NCBI GenBank assembly: GCA_964493895.1
Contig: CAZBPY010000003.1
Location: 15,176-79,175 of the forward strand
Source: an uncultured Candidatus Saccharibacteria bacterium
GTDB taxonomy: Bacteria > Patescibacteriota > Saccharimonadia > Saccharimonadales > JAGQNJ01
DNA length: 64,000 nucleotides
Reading direction: 5' to 3'
The translations under genes were made by a program, and so were the position numbers. The notes below the pieces were generated by a model, which made no database searches, had not been told where the DNA came from, and saw only the letters and a list, made by a program, of their open reading frames with translations. Within the stretch, counting starts at the first letter, position 1; each line of letters starts with the position of its first letter. This document shows positions 28,631 to 38,496 of this stretch, one piece after another.

Positions 28631-28846
28631 TTATGCCAAGACGATGCTAAGCAAAATCGAAGCCGCAAACACAAAGGCTACGATAATAGTTAGCTGAAAA
28701 ATCGTCTTGTCAGAACCCCGCCGAACAGTATTAATCTCTGAACCACCGCCAAAGCCAGCCCCCAAGGTTGCTCCACGGACTTGAATCAAAATAAGAATGG
28801 TCATCAGTATGGCGCTTACGACTGTTGTGTAACCTAGAAAATCCAT
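28631..28846 (-). CDS. secG: Preprotein translocase subunit SecG
   Basis: Two TM helices; ILIQ..GLGAGFGG..RRG. Confidence 0.9.
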   Translation of the reverse strand: MDFLGYTTVVSAILMTILILIQVRGATLGAGFGGGSEINTVRRGSDKTIFQLTIIVAFVFAASILLSIVLA

Positions 28847-29212
28847 TTACCTCTCCTCTAAAATAGTCGTCACTAAATAGTTTACCAGCCCGATGATAAT
28901 TCCAGCAATAAGAGCCGATCCAAAACTCTCAACATTTAAGTCGCCGTATAGATGGCTGGCTAGTAAGACCATAAGGGCATTGATGACAATCATAAACAGC
29001 CCCAGACTAAACAACAATGCCGGCAAGGCCAACAGAACAATGATCGGCTTTATGACGGTGTTAATTAAGGCCAGAACCAGACCTGCCACCACAATCACGC
29101 CCAAGCGATTATCATAAGTAATTCGATCAGGCCCAAGTATGCTAGCAGCTATCCATAGACCAAGGCCGCAGACAAACCAGCGGACTACAAATCGAGCAAT
29201 TGGGTTATTCAT
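28847..29212 (-). CDS. YvlD/'phage holin family' 4-TM membrane protein
   Basis: LINTVIKPI..LP...SLGLFMIVINA motif; housekeeping context. Confidence 0.85.
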   Translation of the reverse strand: MNNPIARFVVRWFVCGLGLWIAASILGPDRITYDNRLGVIVVAGLVLALINTVIKPIIVLLALPALLFSLGLFMIVINALMVLLASHLYGDLNVESFGSALIAGIIIGLVNYLVTTILEER

Positions 29213-29235
29213 AATGCTTATTCTATTGTAGGCCA

Positions 29236-30444
29236 TCAGAGAAGCGGGGGCAAATTCTTGCTAAGCAAGCGGCTACCGTTTTTGGTTACCAGGATGTCGT
29301 CCTCAATGCGAACGCCAATATTCTCTTCGGGGATGATGATGCCCGGCTCGACTGCCAGCACCATGTTTTCGGCAAACTCGGTGTGATAATCACCAATGTC
29401 ATGGGTGTCCAGGCCTAGGTAGTGCGAGGTGGCGTGAGGGAAATACTTACGAATGGCTTTTCGAGACCGGACTTTAATCAGACCCAACTTTTTGAGCTCG
29501 TCACCAACAAACTTTTCAACCATTTTTTCGTATTCGCGGAAAGCCACGCCCGGCTTTATCAGACTGATGGCATAATCATGAGCCCTCAGACAGGCCTGTA
29601 AAACGGCTTGTTGTCTTTTGGTAGCTCTGCCCACCGGCAAAGTCCGGCTAATATCGGCGGCGTAATTATTAACCTCGGCGCCGGTGTCGATTAACAGCAG
29701 CTGGTTTTTGTAAATTTTGCCGCCATTGGCAAAACTATGAACCAGGGTTGCTTCGGGGCCGCTGGCTACTATGGTCTGAAAGGCATTGCCACGGGCACCC
29801 ATACGAACATACTCGTAATCCAGCCAAGCCACAGCTTCATAGGAGTATTCAATTTTCGGCAATCGACGAATTAGTGACTTAATAGCTGTTTCGGTTATCT
29901 CAATTGCCCGCTGTATTTCGGCAATCTCCTCTGGTTGTTTGATCATTCTCAGCTGCACAAAGGCTTCTCGCACATCGCGGGTTTTGAGGCCGGGATTGGT
30001 ACGGCGCAGACGTTCTTTAAGGTGGCGCCGAGCCGGATTGCTGTAAAAATCATAAAACCTGACAAACCGGGCCAGCGGCTCTAGGATCATCACCTCACGA
30101 ATATCTTTCAGTTTTTGGTTAAGCGGCGGCCAACCCTGAGCCTCGGTCAGAACTGATTTAATTCCAGAGGTTTTCTTTAGTTGCTCAACATCAATGCGAC
30201 CATCAAAGATGTTGCGAATCTCATCACGTGGCGGCAGGATCAGATATTCCCGCTCATCGTCCATTACCAGAATAATGTCCGGTTCGTCAATGCCGGTTAG
30301 GTACCAAAAATTGCTGTCCTGGCGAAAAGGATAAGTCGTATCGCCGGTGCGTTGCATCAGCCCGTTTGCGGTAATGATAATTAGTCCGGAGCCCACCGCC
30401 TCACGTAACTTGCGCCGGTTATTTACAAAAAACGAAGCTTTCAT
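29236..30444 (-). CDS. pepP: Xaa-Pro aminopeptidase (M24B)
   Basis: FRQDSNFWYLTG, DTGAE, ADISRT, HYLGLDTHD, VEPG, GVRIEDD. Confidence 0.93.
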   Translation of the reverse strand: MKASFFVNNRRKLREAVGSGLIIITANGLMQRTGDTTYPFRQDSNFWYLTGIDEPDIILVMDDEREYLILPPRDEIRNIFDGRIDVEQLKKTSGIKSVLTEAQGWPPLNQKLKDIREVMILEPLARFVRFYDFYSNPARRHLKERLRRTNPGLKTRDVREAFVQLRMIKQPEEIAEIQRAIEITETAIKSLIRRLPKIEYSYEAVAWLDYEYVRMGARGNAFQTIVASGPEATLVHSFANGGKIYKNQLLLIDTGAEVNNYAADISRTLPVGRATKRQQAVLQACLRAHDYAISLIKPGVAFREYEKMVEKFVGDELKKLGLIKVRSRKAIRKYFPHATSHYLGLDTHDIGDYHTEFAENMVLAVEPGIIIPEENIGVRIEDDILVTKNGSRLLSKNLPPLL

Positions 30445-31892
30445 GTTTTTGACTTCTTCTGCGCCCGGATGTACTGCTTTAGTATAGCGGCTTTTTTGAC
30501 TCCGACAACCTTTTCTAGTTCGCCGCTCCGAGCTTCCATAATACGTTTCATAGATCCAAAATGCCGCAGCAATTTTTGGCGACTGATCGGTCCGATGGTT
30601 GGAATGTCGTCCAGGAAACTGGCGGTTTGGCGCTGGCGCTTTAAAACCGTGTGGTAACTGACTGCAAATCTATGTGATTCGTCGCGGATTCTCTGCAGCA
30701 GCTTAACTATGTGTGACGACTTCGGCAACAACTGCATTTGAAAGCCATTATCGGTTTTTATAACGATTTCTTCCTCGCGTTTGGCCAATCCAATCATCGG
30801 AATATGCGAATAGCCGGCCTTATCTCTTGCCGCCAAAGCCGCACTGAGTTGCCCTTTGCCGCCATCAATCAAAAATAGATCTGGCAGCTTCCATTGCTTG
30901 ACATTTTTAGGACTAAGCCGGCGTATAATGGCTTCATTCATGTGAGCAAAGTCGTCGTTGCCAGGAATACGCATCTTGAATTTTCGGTACTCGGCCTTGT
31001 TAGGCAAGCCATTGGTGAAAACTACCATGCTAGCGGTGGTATCGGTGCCGCTCATGTGTGAAATGTCATAGCCCTCGATACGGCGCGGCGGCGCGGCTAG
31101 CCCCAAGAGATCGGCCAATCCGGCCAGGCCTTCGTCTTTACTGAGATCCATAAACTCGCGGTCACTAAACACGATCTGTCGAGTCAACCCCTTCAGAGCA
31201 AACAACTGCTTTTTCAGCCGCGCCGCCTCCTCGAACTGCTTAGCCTTAGCGGCTGCCATCATGTCACGTTCGACCTGGCTGATCAGAACCTTTCGCTCAC
31301 CCTTAAAGTACTGCATCAGCTTTCGTAAGTTTGCCCGGTAGTCTTTAACGTCGGTTTTACCTTCCTCCAAACCAGGGCACAGGCCCAGATGATACTGCAA
31401 ACAGGCTCGCTTTGGCACAACACCAGTGTGAGTCGAAAAAGGAAAAGCTCGCCGAAGATACTGTAAGGCTTTTTTAATGCTAAAAACATTAAAATACGGC
31501 CCAAAATACTTGGCTCCGTCATCCAGTGGCCGCCGGGTTATAGTCACTGTCGGATGCTCAGAGTTGTAATCGACCCGGATATAGCCGCTGCTTTTGTCAT
31601 CGCGCAGCAGAATGTTGTATCGTGGCTGGTAGCGCCGGACCAACTCGGCCTCCAAAAATAGGGCATCGAGTTCGGTTTCAACCGTAATCCAATCCAGGTC
31701 AGCAATCTCAGCTACCAGGGCTTCGGTCTTTGGATCCGGTGCCCGGCCCTTTTGAAAATACTGCCGCACCCGATTACGCAACCGGGCCGCTTTACCAACA
31801 TAAATAATTTTGCCGGACTTATTTTTGTACAAGTACACGCCCGGTTCCATCGGCAGGTCCTTTAGTCGGTCAGTATTAAACTTCTGATTCAT
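30441..31892 (-). CDS. uvrC: Excinuclease ABC subunit C
   Basis: GIY-YIG (PGVY..IYVGKA), RIEGYDISH, IDGGKGQ, RDESHRFA, HhH. Confidence 0.97.
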   Translation of the reverse strand: MNQKFNTDRLKDLPMEPGVYLYKNKSGKIIYVGKAARLRNRVRQYFQKGRAPDPKTEALVAEIADLDWITVETELDALFLEAELVRRYQPRYNILLRDDKSSGYIRVDYNSEHPTVTITRRPLDDGAKYFGPYFNVFSIKKALQYLRRAFPFSTHTGVVPKRACLQYHLGLCPGLEEGKTDVKDYRANLRKLMQYFKGERKVLISQVERDMMAAAKAKQFEEAARLKKQLFALKGLTRQIVFSDREFMDLSKDEGLAGLADLLGLAAPPRRIEGYDISHMSGTDTTASMVVFTNGLPNKAEYRKFKMRIPGNDDFAHMNEAIIRRLSPKNVKQWKLPDLFLIDGGKGQLSAALAARDKAGYSHIPMIGLAKREEEIVIKTDNGFQMQLLPKSSHIVKLLQRIRDESHRFAVSYHTVLKRQRQTASFLDDIPTIGPISRQKLLRHFGSMKRIMEARSGELEKVVGVKKAAILKQYIRAQKKSKT

Positions 31893-31908
31893 GTTGAGCT
31901 CTTTTGGC

Positions 31909-31930
31909 AATATACCTTAAAAGATATATT
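31909..31930. repeat. 22-bp palindrome, copy 2 (AATATACCTTAAAAGATATATT)
   Basis: Abuts the trhO stop codon, upstream of uvrC. Confidence 0.8.
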
Positions 31931-32871
31931 CAAGTTCTACCTGCGTGTCTGGTCCTGCCAGCTGGAGCGGCCGGGACTTGAGTTTGCCGGTGAAGTTTTT
32001 GGCACTGGAGCTTTTCGCAAACTGGTGTTTGACGCTCGAGGCAAGTGGCGCAAATTAGCACCAGGCGATTGCAGGCCTTATTACTGCAGTTCTCATAATT
32101 GCTAGTCTTGTTCGAGCAATGGACGCAATCGCCAATATCTTTGGATTTTTCAGAAAAGCGCTGCACCATCCGATCATCAAAAATGTGCAAAGCCCCTTCC
32201 CACAAACCATCGTCACCATATTTTTCACCGTACTTAACTATGCCGCCGTCGAGCTGATAAACCTCTTTAAAACCACGATTTTTCATTAATGCCGACAATA
32301 TTTCGCAACGAATCCCGCCCGTGCAATATGTCACCACTGGCTTGTCTTTTATGTCATCGTACTTTCCCGACTCCAACTCCCGAACAAAATCATGTGTCGT
32401 TTTAGTATCAGGTACCGCGGCGTTTTTGAACTTGCCAATTTTAGCTTCGTAAGCATTCCGGCCATCGAAAAAAACTACGTCATCGCGTCGTTTTTCAACC
32501 AATTTATGAACTTGAGCCGGCTTGAGATGCTTGCCGCCACCTTTGACACCTTTTTCGTCAACCTCAATTTCATCCGGCCGGCCAAAGGCTACCAATTCTG
32601 GCCGGACTTTGACGCTCAACCGAGGAAAATCATCACCTGACCCTTGGCTCCACTTATAAGTTATTCCCTTAAAAATAACCGATTTGTTCATCTCCGACTT
32701 ATATTGACGCAAGGATTTTAGCGGCCCGCCTAAGGTTCCGTTGATGCCGTGTTTACTGATGATAACCCGACCCTTGAGGCCCAGACGGGTACAAAGTTCG
32801 CGTTGCCAACGCATAGTCATTTCCGGATCAATTACCGGCACAAACTTGTAGTATAGAATCACCTTTTCCAT
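31930..32871 (-). CDS. trhO: Rhodanese-domain tRNA uridine(34) hydroxylase (YceA/TrhO)
   Basis: GINGT, YCTGGIRCE, LDGGI, FDDR, Cys-rich C-terminus. Confidence 0.9.
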   Translation of the reverse strand: MEKVILYYKFVPVIDPEMTMRWQRELCTRLGLKGRVIISKHGINGTLGGPLKSLRQYKSEMNKSVIFKGITYKWSQGSGDDFPRLSVKVRPELVAFGRPDEIEVDEKGVKGGGKHLKPAQVHKLVEKRRDDVVFFDGRNAYEAKIGKFKNAAVPDTKTTHDFVRELESGKYDDIKDKPVVTYCTGGIRCEILSALMKNRGFKEVYQLDGGIVKYGEKYGDDGLWEGALHIFDDRMVQRFSEKSKDIGDCVHCSNKTSNYENCSNKACNRLVLICATCLERQTPVCEKLQCQKLHRQTQVPAAPAGRTRHAGRT

Positions 32872-32963
32872 AGACTGTTATTCTAGCAAAGCACCTCTGT
32901 TTTGTCATCATTTGACATAAGTGCTATAATTGTAGGATTGTAAAAGTAACGGAGAGGCGACAG

Positions 32964-33035
32964 ATGTACCACGTACAAAATTCAATCATGATCGACACGT
33001 TTGTCGCTGAGCAAACTTGCGCATATGTGCGCTAA
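32964..33035 (+). CDS. Putative 23-aa leader peptide upstream of the ABC exporters
   Basis: GGAGAGG SD then MYHVQNSIMIDTFVAEQTCAYVR*. Confidence 0.5.
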   Translation: MYHVQNSIMIDTFVAEQTCAYVR

Positions 33036-33114
33036 GCTGCCTCCCGGACTCTCGTACACTAAAACCCAAAATTCCCAAAATCCCCACCAACTAACCGCAG
33101 CAAGGAGCCTGCGA

Positions 33115-34875
33115 ATGTCATTATCTAAACGAACTGTAAAAATTTACTTTCAAGCCAATTGGCGCCGCAAAAAACTATTTTTCGGGGCAATTTTTGGCTG
33201 GACTGCTGGTTTTATACTTCAGCGTCTAGTAGTGCCAATTGTCATTGCCAGGGCTTTCGACAAGCTGATTGAGCATCAGGGCAACGTTGATTTTTCGATG
33301 TTTAAAGATGAAATCGGATTGTTCGTACTGGCCGCGCTTACTGCTCAAGCCTTGATAGATGGCGGGCTCTTCACCCTCAGCCGACTTGAGTATCGTGTGA
33401 TGGAGGAATTTTATGACAAGATTTTCGCTAAACTTTTAAGCCATAGCCAGAATTTTCACAACAATTCATTCACGGGTGCCTTAGTGAACCAAGCAAACAG
33501 ATTTGTTAGTGGATATGTAACTGTAACAGACACCTTTGTTATGAGCTTCTTCCAGCTGTTTGTTTTAGTGGTTTTATCATCTGTTGTGTTGCTATTTCTA
33601 TCGCCGCCTCTGGGCGTCATCATAATTACTTGGTCGCTTATCTTTGTGGTGATTAATTACCGACTGACAAAGAGACGGGTTGCTGCTGGTAGAGAAAGGG
33701 CTAGGCGGGACTCCATCCTGACTGGCAATCTTGCCGACAGCATCAGTAACATTAGCGCCATCAAAGCAACAGCCGCAGAAGCCTACGAGAAAAAGGCCTT
33801 CAATGTCAATGTTCGGGCTAAGGTTATGGCCAATTTAAGATACTGGGATTTGACGGTTACCAATGACATATTTTATGGCATATTAATGGTGTTGCTGCAG
33901 TTCACGGTTCTGATAGCCTGTATTTTCCTCATGAAGAACGGAAGTATTACTGCAGGTGTATTAATTTTGTCACAGATTTACATAACACAAATCATTAACA
34001 GTCTGTGGAATTTAAGTAGTGTTCTAAAGAACCTGGAACAAAGCCTATCTGATGCTGCAGAAATGACAGAAATTCTTGACCTGCCAGCTTCGGTCTTTGA
34101 TTCCCACAATGCCAAAGAACTAAGAGTTAAAAACGGCGAGATAACTCTTGACCATATTGATTTCACCCATGCCGACAATCAAGAAGCTTTGTTTAAAAAC
34201 CTCTCAGTAAGTATTGTCGCCGGTGAAAAGGTTGGCCTGGTCGGACGAAGTGGTGGTGGTAAAACAACCATAACTAAATTGTTGCTAAGATTTTCTGACA
34301 TCCAGGGAGGCCAAATTCTGATTGATGGTCAGAATATTGCCGAAGTAACCCAAGAAAGTCTGCGTAAAAGCATCTCCTATGTCCCTCAAGAACCGTTGCT
34401 CTTTCACCGATCACTCGCTGAAAACATCTCTTATGGTAAGCCTGAAGCCAGCCAAAAGGAAATCGAACGCGTCGCAAAAATGGCTCATGCCCACGAGTTC
34501 ATCAAGGATTTGCCGCAAGGTTACGACACCCTGGTCGGCGAACGTGGTGTAAAGCTGTCGGGTGGTCAGCGTCAGCGTGTTGCCATAGCCCGGGCCATGA
34601 TTAAAGATGCCCCTATTTTGGTCCTGGACGAAGCCACTTCAGCCCTGGACTCCGAGAGTGAGCTGCTAATTCAGGATGCTCTCTGGAAATTGATGGAGGG
34701 TCGCACTGCGATTGTTATTGCTCACCGTCTAAGCACCATCCAAAAGATGGACCGGATAATTGTTATGGACAACGGCGAGATCGTTGAACAGGGCACTCAT
34801 AAAGAACTGATTGCCAAAAAAGGTACGTACGCCGATTTATGGAAGCATCAATCTGGAGGCTTTATAGATGAATAA
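33115..34875 (+). CDS. ABC exporter, fused permease/ATPase (MsbA/MdlB-like)
   Basis: TMD; GRSGGGKTT, LSGGQ, LDEATSALD, AHRLST; AAGGAG before ATG 33115. Confidence 0.95.
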   Translation: MSLSKRTVKIYFQANWRRKKLFFGAIFGWTAGFILQRLVVPIVIARAFDKLIEHQGNVDFSMFKDEIGLFVLAALTAQALIDGGLFTLSRLEYRVMEEFYDKIFAKLLSHSQNFHNNSFTGALVNQANRFVSGYVTVTDTFVMSFFQLFVLVVLSSVVLLFLSPPLGVIIITWSLIFVVINYRLTKRRVAAGRERARRDSILTGNLADSISNISAIKATAAEAYEKKAFNVNVRAKVMANLRYWDLTVTNDIFYGILMVLLQFTVLIACIFLMKNGSITAGVLILSQIYITQIINSLWNLSSVLKNLEQSLSDAAEMTEILDLPASVFDSHNAKELRVKNGEITLDHIDFTHADNQEALFKNLSVSIVAGEKVGLVGRSGGGKTTITKLLLRFSDIQGGQILIDGQNIAEVTQESLRKSISYVPQEPLLFHRSLAENISYGKPEASQKEIERVAKMAHAHEFIKDLPQGYDTLVGERGVKLSGGQRQRVAIARAMIKDAPILVLDEATSALDSESELLIQDALWKLMEGRTAIVIAHRLSTIQKMDRIIVMDNGEIVEQGTHKELIAKKGTYADLWKHQSGGFIDE

Positions 34876-36676
34876 CCGCACTGATGCCATAAAAAGAAAC
34901 ATCCAGCTAATTGTACGGATGTTGGGAACAGGTTTTAAGTTGCGTCCAGCTGGGGTGATTCTCTATTTCGCTGGAGCAATATTGGAGATTGGAGCATTCA
35001 TTGGCTCGGTTTATGCAACAGCTCGACTTGGTGCCTTGCTGGCTGCTTTCATTACTAGCGGTAATACCGAGGGCATTTGGTTCTGGCTGTGGGTTGATAT
35101 TGTCGCCGCCTTAATAATCGCTCTTGGCCACTTTGTTATGGGATACGCCAAGCGATTGATGTACTTCGCTTTTGTTCGCTGGTCGACCAATAGTTACCTG
35201 GCCGCGCTATCTCGACTAGATATTGAAGATTTTTACGATGAAGAACGTCGAAACTTAATCAACAAAGTCGGTAGCGCCTATAGCTGGCAAATTCCTAACT
35301 TGATGGAAATGAACCTGGACCTGATTTACGGAATTATGAGGTTCTTAGCAATCACTATGGTGGTGGCCCAAATTACGTGGTGGCTGGTTCCTTTGATCGC
35401 TCTTTTCTTGGTGCCAACTTTAATTGCCGAGAGTCGGATGGCTAAGTTGCAGTGGTTTGTCTGGGATCAAAAAGGTGATGAGCGCCATATTTTCTGGGGC
35501 CTTGATTGGATAATCAAGCGGGCTCGGGGGCAAATGGAGCTTCGTAGTACCCAGGCTACAAATTATATGCTTAACAAAATCGATAGCATGAACAATGACT
35601 TCTACTCAACTCAGGAACGAGAATTCAACAAAGCTTCGAAAATCAGCTTGCCAACCAGATTTCTAGAAGTAGTTGGAACTTCGATAGGCTCGATAGTGTT
35701 ATTAAAACAATTACTATCGCGGACGATACCACTCGATCGATATTTCTTCCTTTCAGGAGCTTTGCTGCGGGTCGGCGGTGCTTTAAATGCTATATTTATG
35801 ACCTTATCGCGCATGCAAGAATCATTGTTGTTCGCCGACAGTTATTTCAGCCTAGCGGACTTCAAGCCTAAACTAGTTGACCAGCTCAGATCGATCGACC
35901 TTCCGATCGATGGCCAAGCACCAACAATTGAATTTAGAAATGTTTACTTCACCTATCCTGGCCACAACCAGCCGGTGTTTGAAAATCTTAACCTAAAAGT
36001 TGGGGCCGGAGAGCATGTAGCATTAGTGGGCGAAAACGGAGCTGGCAAGACTACATTAATTAAGTTGTTACTACGTTTTTACAAACCAACTTCGGGTCAA
36101 ATTTTAATCAACGGACACGATTTGCAGGAGTTATCGATTGAATCTTGGTACAACCACATAGCGACTTTGTTCCAGCAATTTAACGAGTATCCCTTCCCGA
36201 TTGACGAGAATATCTATGTTGGTCGTTCGACAGCCAAACCAGATAAGAAGGCTCTGAAAGAAGCAGCTGACTTTGGTGGTGTGAGTAGTTTTGTTAAACG
36301 TTACAAGCACGGTTGGGACACAGTTTTGGACAGCAGTTTTAAAAATGGTGTTGAGCCAAGTGGCGGCCAATGGCAGCGCGTTGCTTTGGCTCGAGCCTTC
36401 TACCGCCAAGCCAGTGTTCTAATTCTAGATGAGCCAACTTCTGCCATCGATGCCCGAGCCGAGTACGATATTTTCAACAATATCTTCAAGCATTTTCAAA
36501 GCAAAACTGCCTTGATTGTCAGCCACCGTTTTAGTACCGTTCGCCGGGCTGACCGAATTATTGTAATCGACCGGGGCAAAATCATTGCCGAGGGCAGCCA
36601 TCAAGAATTAATGCACGATAAAAAGGGAATGTACTACGACCTATTCACCAAACAGGCTGAAGGCTACTTAGACTAG
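34868..36676 (+). CDS. ABC exporter, fused permease/ATPase
   Basis: GENGAGKTT, PSGGQWQR, LDEPTS, SHRFST; overlaps the upstream exporter. Confidence 0.95.
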   Translation: MNNRTDAIKRNIQLIVRMLGTGFKLRPAGVILYFAGAILEIGAFIGSVYATARLGALLAAFITSGNTEGIWFWLWVDIVAALIIALGHFVMGYAKRLMYFAFVRWSTNSYLAALSRLDIEDFYDEERRNLINKVGSAYSWQIPNLMEMNLDLIYGIMRFLAITMVVAQITWWLVPLIALFLVPTLIAESRMAKLQWFVWDQKGDERHIFWGLDWIIKRARGQMELRSTQATNYMLNKIDSMNNDFYSTQEREFNKASKISLPTRFLEVVGTSIGSIVLLKQLLSRTIPLDRYFFLSGALLRVGGALNAIFMTLSRMQESLLFADSYFSLADFKPKLVDQLRSIDLPIDGQAPTIEFRNVYFTYPGHNQPVFENLNLKVGAGEHVALVGENGAGKTTLIKLLLRFYKPTSGQILINGHDLQELSIESWYNHIATLFQQFNEYPFPIDENIYVGRSTAKPDKKALKEAADFGGVSSFVKRYKHGWDTVLDSSFKNGVEPSGGQWQRVALARAFYRQASVLILDEPTSAIDARAEYDIFNNIFKHFQSKTALIVSHRFSTVRRADRIIVIDRGKIIAEGSHQELMHDKKGMYYDLFTKQAEGYLD

Positions 36677-37365
36677 TTTTCGTCAGACGATTTTTCTTCT
36701 GAGTCTTTGCTGTCGTCATCGGACTTGTCGTCCTCGGCATTTTCCTCGCCCTCGGCACCTTCTTCGCCTTCGGCAGCTTCTTCAGCTTCGGCTTCTTCAG
36801 ATACTTGGGCTGGTGTTTCTTCAACGATAGCTACGCCGTGTTCGGGTTCGGTCAAAACTGTAATGCCACTTGGCACTTGCAGGTCGGCCACGCTGATGCG
36901 GTCGCCAATTTCGGCTAAGCCTTCAACACTGACTTTAATCTCATCAATCAGGTCGCGCGGCAAGGCTTTGACCTGGACATGGTCGAGTTGGCGAATGACC
37001 ATAAGTCCAGCTTTTTCGGCCGGAGCATCACCTTCAAAAACAATCGGTACTTCGGTTTCAACTTCTTCGTCTTGGCGAATAGCACTAAATACGATATGGC
37101 GAATTTGGTGCTTGCGCGGTTCAAAATCAACATCTTTAATAATCGTCAAAAATTTTTGCCCGTCAACCGATACATCAACGGCATGGTGCTTGCCAGCGGC
37201 ATCGTACAGCTTGACCAGATCCTGATAATTACCCTGAGCAATAACCGACGCTTGTCCGTGGTTATGAATAACAACCGGGACCTTGCCTGCCTTCTTCAGT
37301 TGGCCGAGACCTTTGCCCACCGTTTCGCGCTTTTCGAGCGATATAGTAATTTGGTCGTTACTCAA
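36673..37365 (-). CDS. rplY: 50S ribosomal protein L25/CTC with acidic tail
   Basis: R...GKG..L...GKVP.V; VPIVFEG; VKALP; SD AAGGAGG before TTG. Confidence 0.93.
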   Translation of the reverse strand: MSNDQITISLEKRETVGKGLGQLKKAGKVPVVIHNHGQASVIAQGNYQDLVKLYDAAGKHHAVDVSVDGQKFLTIIKDVDFEPRKHQIRHIVFSAIRQDEEVETEVPIVFEGDAPAEKAGLMVIRQLDHVQVKALPRDLIDEIKVSVEGLAEIGDRISVADLQVPSGITVLTEPEHGVAIVEETPAQVSEEAEAEEAAEGEEGAEGEENAEDDKSDDDSKDSEEKSSDEN

Positions 37366-37449
37366 TGTTTCCTCCTTTAAGTTTGGCTTGTATTATAGCA
37401 TAGAATCAGCCGGTTTTTGACCTGTTAGCCATGCTATACTAACACTTAC

Positions 37450-38103
37450 ATGTTCGACACCCAAGCTTTAATTGCCAGCGGCGGGATCCTAATCGTAGCC
37501 GCTATTGTTTTTGCCGAATCGGGACTATTGATCGGCTTTTTCCTGCCCGGTGACACTTTGCTATTTAGTGCCGGACTATTAGCCGCCCAAGACGTAGTGT
37601 CTTTGCCGTGGTTATTATTATTCACCATACTAGCCGCCATCATCGGCGACAATGTTGGCTATTCAATCGGCCGGCGCACCGGACATCGGATCTTTAAGAA
37701 AGAGGACGGAATCCTATTTCACAAAGCCCATCTGGTCCGAGCCGAAAAATTTTACCATCAACACGGCGGCAAAACTGTCACCTTGGCGCGATTTGTACCA
37801 GTGGTCCGAACTTTTGCTCCGCTGGTAGCCGGCATCGGAAAAATGCCCCGCCAGCGATTTATGTTTTATAACATCATTGGTGCCTTTCTGTGGGGCGGTG
37901 GCGTTACTTTATTAGGTTATTGGCTGGGCAGCAAAATCCCAGGGCTCGACCACTACATCGAATACATCTTAATCGGCGTGATTGTTGTCAGCCTTAGCCT
38001 GTCCTTCTTGCACGTTCTGCGTGAGCCGCGGGCTCGAAAAGCCATGGTCGCCGGCATCAAGAGTCAGCTCAGTAAAATCGCTCTAAACAAAAAGGTCGAT
38101 TAA
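37450..38103 (+). CDS. DedA family (VTT domain) membrane protein
   Basis: FAESGLLIGFFLPGDTLL, ARFVPVVRTF. Confidence 0.95.
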   Translation: MFDTQALIASGGILIVAAIVFAESGLLIGFFLPGDTLLFSAGLLAAQDVVSLPWLLLFTILAAIIGDNVGYSIGRRTGHRIFKKEDGILFHKAHLVRAEKFYHQHGGKTVTLARFVPVVRTFAPLVAGIGKMPRQRFMFYNIIGAFLWGGGVTLLGYWLGSKIPGLDHYIEYILIGVIVVSLSLSFLHVLREPRARKAMVAGIKSQLSKIALNKKVD

Positions 38104-38489
38104 GCTTCTTTTAGAAATTTATTGGCGCCTTCGATCAGTAAGTGCGGCCTATAGCCATAGCTGCCGGCGGGGTTGATGTATTCTGCAGCCGGAGCATTGC
38201 TGCAAAACCTAGCCAATCTAAAGTCGGTTATTCTCATGGCATAATCTTGGGCTGTGTCTTCATCCATACCTACGCGGCGAAATCTTTCGACAGCCGTCTC
38301 ACGCAACGACAGCCGCTCACCTTCTGGTTGCATTTCACGCCCAAGACCAAGACAAAATAGCAACAAAGTGGCACCGGCCACAGCCTTTTCATCTGGAAAG
38401 CCAGGATTCTCAGCCGCCTGCGTGAAATATGAAGCCAGGGCGTTTTGGGCCGCCTCTAATTTTACTGAGTCAATCTCTCTATAGACCAT
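38100..38489 (-). CDS. Hypothetical protein
   Basis: 129-aa ORF after uvrA; TATAAT 6 nt before ATG. Confidence 0.55.
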   Translation of the reverse strand: MVYREIDSVKLEAAQNALASYFTQAAENPGFPDEKAVAGATLLLFCLGLGREMQPEGERLSLRETAVERFRRVGMDEDTAQDYAMRITDFRLARFCSNAPAAEYINPAGSYGYRPHLLIEGANKFLKEA

Positions 38490-38496
38490 CTCTATA

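Noticed and set aside
33001-33114. Upstream TTG start for the first ABC exporter
   Set aside because: The extension is low-complexity leader sequence; SD AAGGAG supports ATG 33115.
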